Assembly: GCA_031409335.1 (NCBI GenBank)
Contig: JANNWY010000031.1
Span: forward strand, 1-50,176
Source of the DNA: Chthoniobacteraceae bacterium
GTDB taxonomy: Bacteria > Verrucomicrobiota > Verrucomicrobiia > Chthoniobacterales > Chthoniobacteraceae
Direction of reading: 5' to 3'
DNA length: 50,176 nucleotides
Shown here: piece after piece, positions 28,701-37,059 of the stretch
How positions within the stretch are numbered: position 1 is the stretch's first letter
Layout of the letters: every line of letters begins with the position of its first letter
The notes under the pieces: model-generated
Databases searched by the model: none
Told to the model about the DNA's origin: nothing
What the model saw: the letters and a program-made list of their open reading frames with translations, nothing else
Program-made: the position numbers and the translations under genes

Positions 28701-31700
28701 CGCCGTTTCCGCGAGCGCGGCAGGCTTCGATGGCGCGGGCGCTTCGCTGCAAATCCTCGATGACGATCAGCCCGCTTTCACCGTCGCGCTCGATCGCGCG
28801 GCGGTGAGCGAGCGCGATGGGTCGCCCGCTTTGCACGGCACGATCACGCTTGATCGCACCATCGCCTTCCCGCTGCGGATGATCTTCACCGCCGCGCCGG
28901 AGGGGAACGCGATCCTGCCGCCGCAGGTGGATATTCCCGCGAATTCACTCGGCGCGATTTTCCCGATCGGCGTCTTGAACAACGCGGCCATCGACGGCTC
29001 GCGCGATGTCGCCATCGTCGCGTATCTGGTCGATTCGAGCGGCGCGAATACGGTCGCGCAGTCCGCGCCCGCGACGCTCACGATTCACGATGACGACGGC
29101 CCCGCGCTCGCGCTCGAGGTCGATCGCACGCTGCTCGTCGAAGGCGCGAATCCCGCCGCGACCGCGACGGTCACGCGCTCGCCGGTCACGGGCGGCGCGG
29201 TGTTCGTCACCCTCGCGTCTTCGGACACGGGGCAAATGACCGCGCCCGTTTCCGTGACGATCCCCGCCGGGCAAGCATCCATCAGCTTTCCGCTGCAAGC
29301 GGTCGCGGATGGAACGACCGACGGAAACCAACCCGCCACGCTCACCGCATCGGCGTCCGGCTTCAGCCCGGCGTCGAAAATTCTGACCGTCACCGATCTG
29401 CAAAAGCCCGATCTTTTCGTCGATCTCATCGCGCCGCCGACGGGCGTGGAAACCGATGCGTGGATCGACGTGCGCATCCTCCTGCGCAATCAGGGCGCGC
29501 TCGATGCGCAGGGGCCGTACACGCAGCGGCTTTATCTCTCCACCGATGCGCTGCCGGGCGATGACATCCTGCTCACCCAGGCGAATTTCGCGGGCCGGCT
29601 CACTGCCGGATTTTCCATCGAGCAAAGCCTGCGCGTGAAGTTGCCGCGCACCGCGGGCCGCTTCTGGCTCGTCGCCGAGACGGACGCCAATCGCCAGCTC
29701 GACGAGGCGCTCGAAGACAACAACACCGCCGTCTCCGCGACGCCGCTGGACATCGAGCCCGCCTACGTCACCACGCTCACCATCGCGCCGGAGACCGTGC
29801 CTTCCGCGACGCCGATCCCGATCGCCGGCACGGCCACGCTGCGCGCGGGCGGACCCGCCGCGTTTGTGCTCGTGAACATCCACATCGCGCACGGCACCGT
29901 GAACCGTGTCATCTCCGCGCTCACGAATTCCGCCGGGCAGTACAGCACGACCTTCACGCCGCTGCCGGGCGACGGCGGGCTGTTTCAGTTTTTCGCCACG
30001 CACCCCGGCACGGACACCGCGCCGATTCAGGATTCGGTGAAAGTGTATGGCCTCGGGAGCGAGCCTGCGTCGCTCGATTTGCGGCTTTCGGAAAACAGCA
30101 GCCAGCCCGGAATTTTCACGATCACCAATCTCACGGACCTGCCACTCACCGGCCTGCAAGCCACCGTCACCGGAGCGCCCGCGGGCATCACCTTCACGCC
30201 AACTTTAGCCGCCTCAAATCTGCCCGGAAGCGGCGCGGTCGCGCTGAACTACACCATCGCCACGACCGGCCCGCTGGCGCGCACGGCGTTCACCGTTTCC
30301 CTCACCTCGACCGAAGGCGCGGCGCTGCAAATCCCCGTCGCCATCGCCGTCGTCGCGGACACGCCGCAACTCGTCGCCGAGCCCGCGGAACTCGTCGCCG
30401 GGATGCTGCGCGGCCAGCAGCACATCAGCACATTTACCATCCGAAACACCGGCAGCGCCGCGACGGGTCCGGTGAATCTGCTGCTGCCGCCGGGCGCGCC
30501 GTGGATGCGGGCCGCGACCAGCCTGCCCGTCCCGCCGCTTGCGCCGGGAGCGTCGGTGCCGATGACGATCCAGCTCACGCCGCCCGCCGATTTGCCGCTT
30601 CAGGAATACAGCGGAAATCTCGTCGCCACCGACGGCGCGATTTTCCTCTCGATCCCGTATCGTTTCCGCGCGCTGTCGGATCAAATGGGGCAGCTCATCG
30701 TGCGCACGGAGGACGAATATACGTACTACGCCTCGGGCAATCCGCCGCTCGCGGGCGCGACGGTGCGCGTGATCGACGCGCTGACGCGGCTGACCGTGGG
30801 CACGCTCGTGAGCGATGCGAACGGCATCGCGGATTTCGGGCCGTTGCGCGAAGGCTACTACGAGATCGAGGCGACGGCGGGCCAGCACGCGACCTATCGC
30901 GCGACGCATCTCATCCAGCCCGGCACGCCGAACAACATCCAGGCATTCCTCTCGCGCGAGACGGTTTCCTACACCTGGACCGTGGTGCCGATCCAAATCG
31001 AGGATCGCTACAAAGTCACCATCGACACGACCTTTGAAACCGTGGTGCCGATCCCCGTGGTCACGGTCGAACCGAGCGTGATCGACCTCGCGGAAATCAC
31101 GGTGGACGAGACGGTGGTGAACATCAAAGTGACCAACCACGGCCTGCTCGCCGCGGACAATACGCAGCTCGCCGTGCCGACGCATCCGCTGTGGGAATTC
31201 ACGCCCGCCATCGACGCGATCGGCGTGCTGCCCGCGAAAAGTTCGATCACCGTGCCGATGCGCATCCGCCGCGTCATCGGCGGTGCGCCGCCCCCGCCGG
31301 CCTTTGGCGGGCCCGCACCCGCGCCCGATCCGGGGCCGTGCCACATCGCGACGACGGTGTGCTGGGAGCTGATTTGCGGAAAGTTCAAGAACACCTATTG
31401 CGCGGTGCTGGCCATGCCGAATGCGCGCGCGGGCTGCGGCGGCGACGCGCCCGCGCCGCGCGGCGGAGGCTGCACCAACTGCGGCGGACAGATCGGGCCG
31501 GGCTCGGGCTCGACCGGCGTGGGCGTGACGCTCGTGTGCAATCCCGATTGTTATGTGCTCGCGGCGCTGGGTTGCATTCCCGGTCCCGTCGGCTGTTTCT
31601 TCAGCGGATACTCCTGCGGCCAGGGTCTCGCCGGGGGCGTCTCGTTCGGGAGTGTGTTCGATTGCGCCGTCGGTGCCGCGGGCTGCCTCATCCCGGCGGC

Positions 31701-34700
31701 CAGCATCCCCGCGTGCATTTACGACCTAACCAAATGCGTCATCGGCACCCTCGGCGGCGGCCCGCCGCCGCCACCCGCCGATGGCTCGCAGGCGCTCGGT
31801 GCCGATCCGCTTTCGCAATTCACGCCGGGCCTCCGCGCGATGATGGATGTGTTCAACGAAATCACCGGCGCGCCCGATGGCGTCTGGCTGAATCCCAGCG
31901 CGGGTTCGCCGACCGGCGACTGGTACGCGCGCTTCCAGCTCGCGGCGGGCGAGTCTTCGGATGGCGGGCGAAACGTGACCGCCGCCGAACGCGCCGCGCT
32001 ACTCTCCGGCGCGCAGCCTCCGGGCGTCGCCGCGGCGGAAGTGAACCGTTTCCTCGACCGCTGCAATCGTTCGCTCGTGAATTTCGCGCGCGGCATTTTG
32101 CGCCGCGCCGACGCACCCGCCGGGGAGAGCCTCGACTTCATCGACTTGACCGAACTCCAGCGCCTGCTGCGGCTCGCGGGCGACTACCAGACGATCGCGG
32201 AAAACGCGGGCTTCACCGATCCGATCAACGCCATCGTCGAGACCGTGCGCATCCGCCAGAACTTGGGCGGGAGCGGCGGCATTTGCGGGCGTATCAAGCT
32301 CCGGCTCGAGCAGGACGCCGTGCTCACGCGCGACGCCTTCCTCGCCACACTCGAACTCGAAAACAAAACCGCGACCGCGCTCGGAAACATCCGCGTGAAC
32401 GTGACCGTCCGCGCGGAATCCGGCGCGGATGCGACCGCGCTTTTCGACATCGGCACGCCCACGCTCGCGGGCGTGACCGCCGTCGATGGCACGGGCACGC
32501 TCGCGGGAAATAGTAACGGCACGGCGAAGTGGACGATCATCCCGACCGTCGATGCCGCGCCCACCGCGCCCGTGCGCTTCTTTGTCAGCGGCACGCTGAG
32601 CTATCGCGTGGACGGGCTGGACATCGCGATCCCATTTTCCGAAATCGCGATCACCGTGCTGCCAAGCCCGCGGCTCGCGCTAAAATATTTCCATCAGCGC
32701 GATGTCTTCAGCGACGATCCGTTCACCACGCCGATCGAGCCTGCGATTCCGTATGTGCTCGCGGTCATGGTGGAAAATCAGGGCTTCGGGGCGGCGAAGA
32801 ATTTCACGATCACGTCCGCGCAGCCGACGATCATCGAGAACGACAAAGGGCTGCTCGCAGATTTCCAAATCATCGCCACGAAAGTCGATGGGCAGCCGTT
32901 GCAGCCGTCGCTCACGGCGAATTTCGGCGACATCGCGCCGGGGCAAATCCGCATCGGCGAGTGGCTGCTCACGTCGAGCCTGCAGGGGCTTTTCACGGAT
33001 TACAGCGCGACCTTCCAGCACATCGACGGGCGCGGGAATCCACGGCTCTCGCTCATCGACAGCGTGGAGATTCACGAAATGATCCACGAGGTCCGCGAAC
33101 TCGGCCTGCTCGACGATGGCAAACCGGATTTCCTGGTGAACGACCTCGGCGACGCGCGCAATCTTCCCGACACGATCCATCTCAGCGACGGCACGACGGC
33201 ATCGGTCGCGGTGCTCGAAGTTGCGCAGGTGACGGGCACGCTTTCGTCGGCAAATCTCACCATCGGCCTCACCGCGGCGATGCCCGCCGGATGGGCTTAC
33301 CTGCTGGTTCCTGAGCCATCGAACGGGCAATACGTGCTCCAGCGCGTGGTGCGTTCGGACGGCCTGGAAATCCCGCTCGATGTCAATGCGTGGGTCACGG
33401 ATCGCACGTTCATCGGGCAGGGATTGCGGCCCGTTTACGAAAACATCCTGCACCTGCTCGATGAAAACAGTCCGGGAAATTACACGCTCATTTACGCGCT
33501 CGCGGCGGGCCTCGATACGCAGGCGCCGGTGAGCCGCGTGCTGCCGCTGCCGCTGCAAAGCGCAATCGAGTTTCCCATCTCGTGGGAAGGCACGGACGAC
33601 CGCCGCGTGGCGGGCTTCGATGTTTACGTGTCCGTGAATGGCAGCGCGTATGCGCGCTGGCTGCAAGGCACGCGCGACACCGGCGCGGTGTATGCGGGCG
33701 CGCTCGGGAGTTCCTACGCTTTCTACACGCGCGCTTTCGATGCGGCGGGAAATGTGGAAGCGGCTCCGGCCAGCGCGGACGCGACCACGACGGTCACTTT
33801 GAATAACATCGCGCCAACGCTCGCGACGATCCCCGATCAAAATGTGAACGAAGGCGAAACCCTGACGCTGAATCTCGCCGCGACCGATCCCGACGGGCGC
33901 GCGGATTTGCTGCGCTATGCCTTCGCCGCCGCGGTGCCGCCGGGGCTGACCATCGACGCGCAGACGGGCGTCGTGCGCTGGGCCACGGGCGAGGCCGATG
34001 GTGGGCGCGCGGAGACCGTCCAAGTGCGCGTGACCGACAGCGGCGTGCCCGCGCAATCCGCCACGCGCACCTTCCTCGTCCGCGTGCTCGACACGAATCA
34101 GCCGCCCGTTTTCGCACCCGTCGAACCGCAGCGCATCGCGCCCGGCGGCCCGCTGACCGTGCAACTTTCCGCCAGCGACGGCGACCTGCCCGCGCAAACC
34201 ATCCGCTACCGGTTCACCAGCCCGACGCCCGCGATGATGATGCTCGACGTGGTGACCGGCGCGATCATCTGGACGCCCGCCATCGCCGACGCGGATCGCA
34301 CTTTCGCCGTCGCAGTGACGGCGGCGGACAACGCCGCGCCCGCGCTGGAAACGACGACGCTCGTTTCCATCACCGTCGATCCCGCGAACCTCGACCGCGC
34401 GCCGCAATTCCTCGCGAACCCCGCGCAGCTTTGGTTCATCGGCACCGTGCGGACTTTGGAAATCGGCGCGTTCGATCCCGATGGCGACGCGGTGACGATG
34501 GCGCTGAACGGCCCCGGCCTCCCCGCCGGACTCGCGCTTTCCGGCACGCCGGGCACGGGCCGCGCCGTGCTTTCGTGGAATACGGCGGGCCTCGCGCCAG
34601 GCATCTACGCGCTCCCGATCCGGGCGAACGCGGGCGCGGCGCAATCGCTCTACGCACCGACGGTGAAACTCGTGAACGACAACGCCTACTGGCGCTGGGC

Positions 34701-35139
34701 GGACGCGAACCTGAGTTCGCTTTTCGATCTCGCCAGCGCCGATCCGACGCAAGACCCGGACGGCGACGGCACGAGCAACGTGCATGAATGGACCTTCCTG
34801 CGCGACCCGCGCATCCAGGATTCCACGCGCACGCGGCTCGCGCTGGACGGGCCGTACGACGGCGCGTTTTACTACGCCGACATCAGCGTGCATCGCCGCC
34901 GCGGATCGAATCAATTCGTGACGCTGATCCCGCAATCCTCCGCCACGCTCGTCGGCGGTTCGTGGACCGATCTGCCTTCGACGGACTACGACGCGGTGCT
35001 CGATCCGAACGGCGACGATGACGGAAATCCCGAGACCGAGGAAGTCTCGATCCGTGTGCTTTTCCAACTCACCCTCGGCGGCGCGGATGACCGGAAATTC
35101 TTCCGCCTCAAATCCGCGACGCGCACGACGCTTCCGTAA
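25732..35139 (+). CDS. Giant secreted multidomain surface protein (~3135 aa): lectin/TSP-C-like, choice-of-anchor-D-like Ig, Calx-beta-like, CARDB, Cys-rich core, FN3/cadherin-like, C-terminal module
   Basis: Signal peptide ending ..RLSA-Q; DDDFVGFVFGY; FGNVRVG..TIRNSG; TVTIPAGQ.S..F repeats; PDL.V...N.G...EDNN; NxAP...IPDQ.V.EG repeats; DPDGDG.SN..EW. Confidence 0.85.
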   Translation: MRERTSPLRRFFKVLCLAVWMASGVAARLSAQTLIDSFDAAPITGTADPANPPWNEGINDVDDGNAELDVQQDAANWFGAGATNRILRVFDASNTAAVQLRTNTAGLTPFRSSAVFTLSFDFYEPAAVSGAPLIVRLGTGAADSAANTQFDTRLLDGQIVAGDGAIPAQAGSYTLDAAHKLSFVANNSAVTIPYGNGETLGSQKADVWIDGVRVLDDFALASPITAGTKLSAIRFLTLVAGPSQEIFLDNVTTYDGPVIDAGIGERVDLRTWRREGDLATALPGTWTVATDGSSVFQSVNASRPTYFVSPDQFENTTIRGRFQIDPGAGDDDFVGFVFGYLAPVAANGDAGARAEFLLLDWKKLAQAGAVPGFRLAKVSGTLASADTNELWTHTSSANCTITQLGAAPIAPSWVEGVTYNFELIYFSDRIVISLQGGDGPFATKQQLFDVRLANLPPGLFPPGGFPPGRIGFYNYSQSRVRYSSFSREGVPALFTDPLGGGTLPFGNVRVGTSATLPLTIRNSGGQGSTLTGSASPGSGEFFGPSPDAAFSLAQFGSTDKGYQYTPLARGADSLPVTVTSNAGNATITLAGTGVGPVFASNPASGGTLDFGRLPHIGTAVRTATITNPTPDIAADPNLTNLTLLTATISGADAGSFLVEGFTAGSVIAKGGNLPVTVRLNAVGSSGPKNATLTIATDAGAAPGASGSTFSFPLTGAVSPPPLINGFTFAGAPLTDGASVAGSGLLAVTATDEDGIARAEFFYRPAASVFTTALGTDNTPANGLTAAWIVENLSDGAFDLIARVYDTVGGFSEITRRVNLSLAVPAAPVILSPPDGAIVQPATVQVTGTAPAFPALRIYRNGERVFTGAAQSNGTFAVPVPLVDGQNLIYAESANLAGASAPSNPVLVTRMAVLPVLSVAFASPTVVEGASRNGTVGISSALALPLTISLTSSRATRLSVPESVTIPAGQTSVGFTAQALQNQSVELPVSVAVSASAAGFDGAGASLQILDDDQPAFTVALDRAAVSERDGSPALHGTITLDRTIAFPLRMIFTAAPEGNAILPPQVDIPANSLGAIFPIGVLNNAAIDGSRDVAIVAYLVDSSGANTVAQSAPATLTIHDDDGPALALEVDRTLLVEGANPAATATVTRSPVTGGAVFVTLASSDTGQMTAPVSVTIPAGQASISFPLQAVADGTTDGNQPATLTASASGFSPASKILTVTDLQKPDLFVDLIAPPTGVETDAWIDVRILLRNQGALDAQGPYTQRLYLSTDALPGDDILLTQANFAGRLTAGFSIEQSLRVKLPRTAGRFWLVAETDANRQLDEALEDNNTAVSATPLDIEPAYVTTLTIAPETVPSATPIPIAGTATLRAGGPAAFVLVNIHIAHGTVNRVISALTNSAGQYSTTFTPLPGDGGLFQFFATHPGTDTAPIQDSVKVYGLGSEPASLDLRLSENSSQPGIFTITNLTDLPLTGLQATVTGAPAGITFTPTLAASNLPGSGAVALNYTIATTGPLARTAFTVSLTSTEGAALQIPVAIAVVADTPQLVAEPAELVAGMLRGQQHISTFTIRNTGSAATGPVNLLLPPGAPWMRAATSLPVPPLAPGASVPMTIQLTPPADLPLQEYSGNLVATDGAIFLSIPYRFRALSDQMGQLIVRTEDEYTYYASGNPPLAGATVRVIDALTRLTVGTLVSDANGIADFGPLREGYYEIEATAGQHATYRATHLIQPGTPNNIQAFLSRETVSYTWTVVPIQIEDRYKVTIDTTFETVVPIPVVTVEPSVIDLAEITVDETVVNIKVTNHGLLAADNTQLAVPTHPLWEFTPAIDAIGVLPAKSSITVPMRIRRVIGGAPPPPAFGGPAPAPDPGPCHIATTVCWELICGKFKNTYCAVLAMPNARAGCGGDAPAPRGGGCTNCGGQIGPGSGSTGVGVTLVCNPDCYVLAALGCIPGPVGCFFSGYSCGQGLAGGVSFGSVFDCAVGAAGCLIPAASIPACIYDLTKCVIGTLGGGPPPPPADGSQALGADPLSQFTPGLRAMMDVFNEITGAPDGVWLNPSAGSPTGDWYARFQLAAGESSDGGRNVTAAERAALLSGAQPPGVAAAEVNRFLDRCNRSLVNFARGILRRADAPAGESLDFIDLTELQRLLRLAGDYQTIAENAGFTDPINAIVETVRIRQNLGGSGGICGRIKLRLEQDAVLTRDAFLATLELENKTATALGNIRVNVTVRAESGADATALFDIGTPTLAGVTAVDGTGTLAGNSNGTAKWTIIPTVDAAPTAPVRFFVSGTLSYRVDGLDIAIPFSEIAITVLPSPRLALKYFHQRDVFSDDPFTTPIEPAIPYVLAVMVENQGFGAAKNFTITSAQPTIIENDKGLLADFQIIATKVDGQPLQPSLTANFGDIAPGQIRIGEWLLTSSLQGLFTDYSATFQHIDGRGNPRLSLIDSVEIHEMIHEVRELGLLDDGKPDFLVNDLGDARNLPDTIHLSDGTTASVAVLEVAQVTGTLSSANLTIGLTAAMPAGWAYLLVPEPSNGQYVLQRVVRSDGLEIPLDVNAWVTDRTFIGQGLRPVYENILHLLDENSPGNYTLIYALAAGLDTQAPVSRVLPLPLQSAIEFPISWEGTDDRRVAGFDVYVSVNGSAYARWLQGTRDTGAVYAGALGSSYAFYTRAFDAAGNVEAAPASADATTTVTLNNIAPTLATIPDQNVNEGETLTLNLAATDPDGRADLLRYAFAAAVPPGLTIDAQTGVVRWATGEADGGRAETVQVRVTDSGVPAQSATRTFLVRVLDTNQPPVFAPVEPQRIAPGGPLTVQLSASDGDLPAQTIRYRFTSPTPAMMMLDVVTGAIIWTPAIADADRTFAVAVTAADNAAPALETTTLVSITVDPANLDRAPQFLANPAQLWFIGTVRTLEIGAFDPDGDAVTMALNGPGLPAGLALSGTPGTGRAVLSWNTAGLAPGIYALPIRANAGAAQSLYAPTVKLVNDNAYWRWADANLSSLFDLASADPTQDPDGDGTSNVHEWTFLRDPRIQDSTRTRLALDGPYDGAFYYADISVHRRRGSNQFVTLIPQSSATLVGGSWTDLPSTDYDAVLDPNGDDDGNPETEEVSIRVLFQLTLGGADDRKFFRLKSATRTTLP

Positions 35140-35157
35140 CCCCCCGCGAACAAACCG

Positions 35158-35922
35158 ATGAATCCATTCACAAAAAAACGGACAGCCGCACTGATCGCGC
35201 TCGTCGCGCCGCTCGCGGCGCACGCCGCGCCCATCGTGGACTGGCTCGCCTTCGGCCCCGGCGCGGATCGCACGCATTTCAATCTGCTGAACGACGCCGG
35301 TCTGTCGGTGGCGCAAGCGCAGATCGACCTCACATCGGGATTGCTCGCCCCGCCTTCCCCCGGCGCGGGCACATTGCAGGCCGCCTTTTGGAACACCGCG
35401 CCGCCCGTGACGGACAGCATTTCAAACGACGGAAACGTGAGCACCACGAAAGTGCAGGTGGTGCCGCAGGCCGGAGCCGTCGATTTTCAACTGACAATCG
35501 GCGCGCAGGATTTGTCGGGAATGGTGTTCGCGGTGGGGCAACTCTTCGGCTCCGGCACGGCGGGGACGCGGGGGATGGGCGTGCTGGCGAGGACGTTTTC
35601 GGGGGTGGCCGTCGCGCTGGAACTCCTGGGAACCGAGCAGTGGGACAATGGCATCCGCGCCTACACACAGCCGCTCAATTGGAACGGGAGCAGCCTGACT
35701 TTGGATGCCGCGGCGAACGGCGAATCCGCGTTCGCATTCTTCCGCGTGCAGCCCGGGGCCGGCCGTGTCACGCAGCTCGTGTTTGATATTCCGAATGGCT
35801 ACGCCGTCGGAAGTGGAGACACGCTGGAGTTTGCCTTTGGGGTCGCAGTGCCAGAGCCCGGGGTCGCTGCGATGCTGATCCTCGGTTTTGGGTTCACGTT
35901 TTCACGGCGGACACGGGCCTGA
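35158..35922 (+). CDS. PEP-CTERM (exosortase-target) protein
   Basis: Signal peptide ..AAHA; C-terminal VPEPG + hydrophobic helix + RRTRA. Confidence 0.88.
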   Translation: MNPFTKKRTAALIALVAPLAAHAAPIVDWLAFGPGADRTHFNLLNDAGLSVAQAQIDLTSGLLAPPSPGAGTLQAAFWNTAPPVTDSISNDGNVSTTKVQVVPQAGAVDFQLTIGAQDLSGMVFAVGQLFGSGTAGTRGMGVLARTFSGVAVALELLGTEQWDNGIRAYTQPLNWNGSSLTLDAAANGESAFAFFRVQPGAGRVTQLVFDIPNGYAVGSGDTLEFAFGVAVPEPGVAAMLILGFGFTFSRRTRA

Positions 35923-35956
35923 TCTGATGATCGCCCAGCGACCGCGTAGCGATCTC

Positions 35957-36934
35957 CTACGGCGTTTTTAACGGATCGACACCCTGCTTCAACTGCCCGC
36001 GGACCATCTCGATCATCATCTTTAGTTGCACGGGCGGGACCACGGATTTGGCGGGATCGGCGGTGAACGCGGTGTCCCACTGCGGCGCAGCGGGTATGTA
36101 GTGAAGCTCTTCGCGGAGGCGCTTCGCGAGTTCCGTCATGTGCGCGGCTCCGTAGAAAACCGCGATCGTTTCACCAGCTTTGCGCTTCGCGATTTGCTCG
36201 CGGAGATCGCGAATGACGATCGCGTTTCGCTCGGTGAGCAGGACTTCAAAAAGATCCTTCATTTCCGGCGAGATGCTTTTTGCGAGGCCGACCATTTCCT
36301 CGGCGTGCGAGAGCACTTCGATCAGCAGCAGCCGAGTGGTCTCGCGCATTTCTGGCGACGCCGAAACGAAAGCGAGCATGGGTTTGAGCATGTCCATCGT
36401 CTCCGGCGAACCCTGAATCGCCCCCAGCAACATTTTGTAAGTTTCGTTCGGCGCTTCCACTGCGTCCGTGCGCTCGCGCACTTGCTTTTCCACACCCTCC
36501 GCAGGCAGATCGCTGTTCACGAAATGCTGGCGGCGGTAGTCGATGGCATCGAGCTGAAAGACGAGGCCGAGCGCGTTGGAGAGTTGCTTTTGGATGCCCG
36601 CATCGCGCGTTCCGGCGCCGGGACCCTGCTTCATCGCCTCATCGAATCCGACGCCTTCAAACAGCACCACGGTCTGCGCGTCGAGCCGCTGCTGGATGGC
36701 GCGGAAATATTCCGGCGTGCCGAGATGCGCCACGGCGACCAGCCACACTGCCGGACCGTCGCCTGCCGCAGGGCGATACTCCACGCTGCTCGTCTGGATG
36801 GCGCTGAGTTTCGCGTCGGTCTCGGTGGATCGGAGAAAGAGGGTCTCCGATGCACGATCGGCGCGAGCGGCAAGCGGCAGGCACAGCGCGCAGGCGGCGA
36901 GGATGAAACGGACGGAAAGCGTGGGCGATTTCAC
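35957..36934 (-). CDS. Secreted TraB/GumN (TIKI)-like protein
   Basis: VWLVAVAHLG, VLFEGV, ERN, FYGAAHM; signal peptide. Start is GTG 36934 or 36967. Confidence 0.6.
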   Translation of the reverse strand: MKSPTLSVRFILAACALCLPLAARADRASETLFLRSTETDAKLSAIQTSSVEYRPAAGDGPAVWLVAVAHLGTPEYFRAIQQRLDAQTVVLFEGVGFDEAMKQGPGAGTRDAGIQKQLSNALGLVFQLDAIDYRRQHFVNSDLPAEGVEKQVRERTDAVEAPNETYKMLLGAIQGSPETMDMLKPMLAFVSASPEMRETTRLLLIEVLSHAEEMVGLAKSISPEMKDLFEVLLTERNAIVIRDLREQIAKRKAGETIAVFYGAAHMTELAKRLREELHYIPAAPQWDTAFTADPAKSVVPPVQLKMMIEMVRGQLKQGVDPLKTP

Positions 36935-37059
36935 GGGATGTGAAGGACGGTGGCAGAAGGTTTTCAAAGCGCCATTCCGCAGTCGAAGAATCCGCCCGGC
37001 TCGGGGCTTGCCACGGCGGCACGCGGCTCCGCGTTTCCCGCAAACTCCGACTCATCCTC

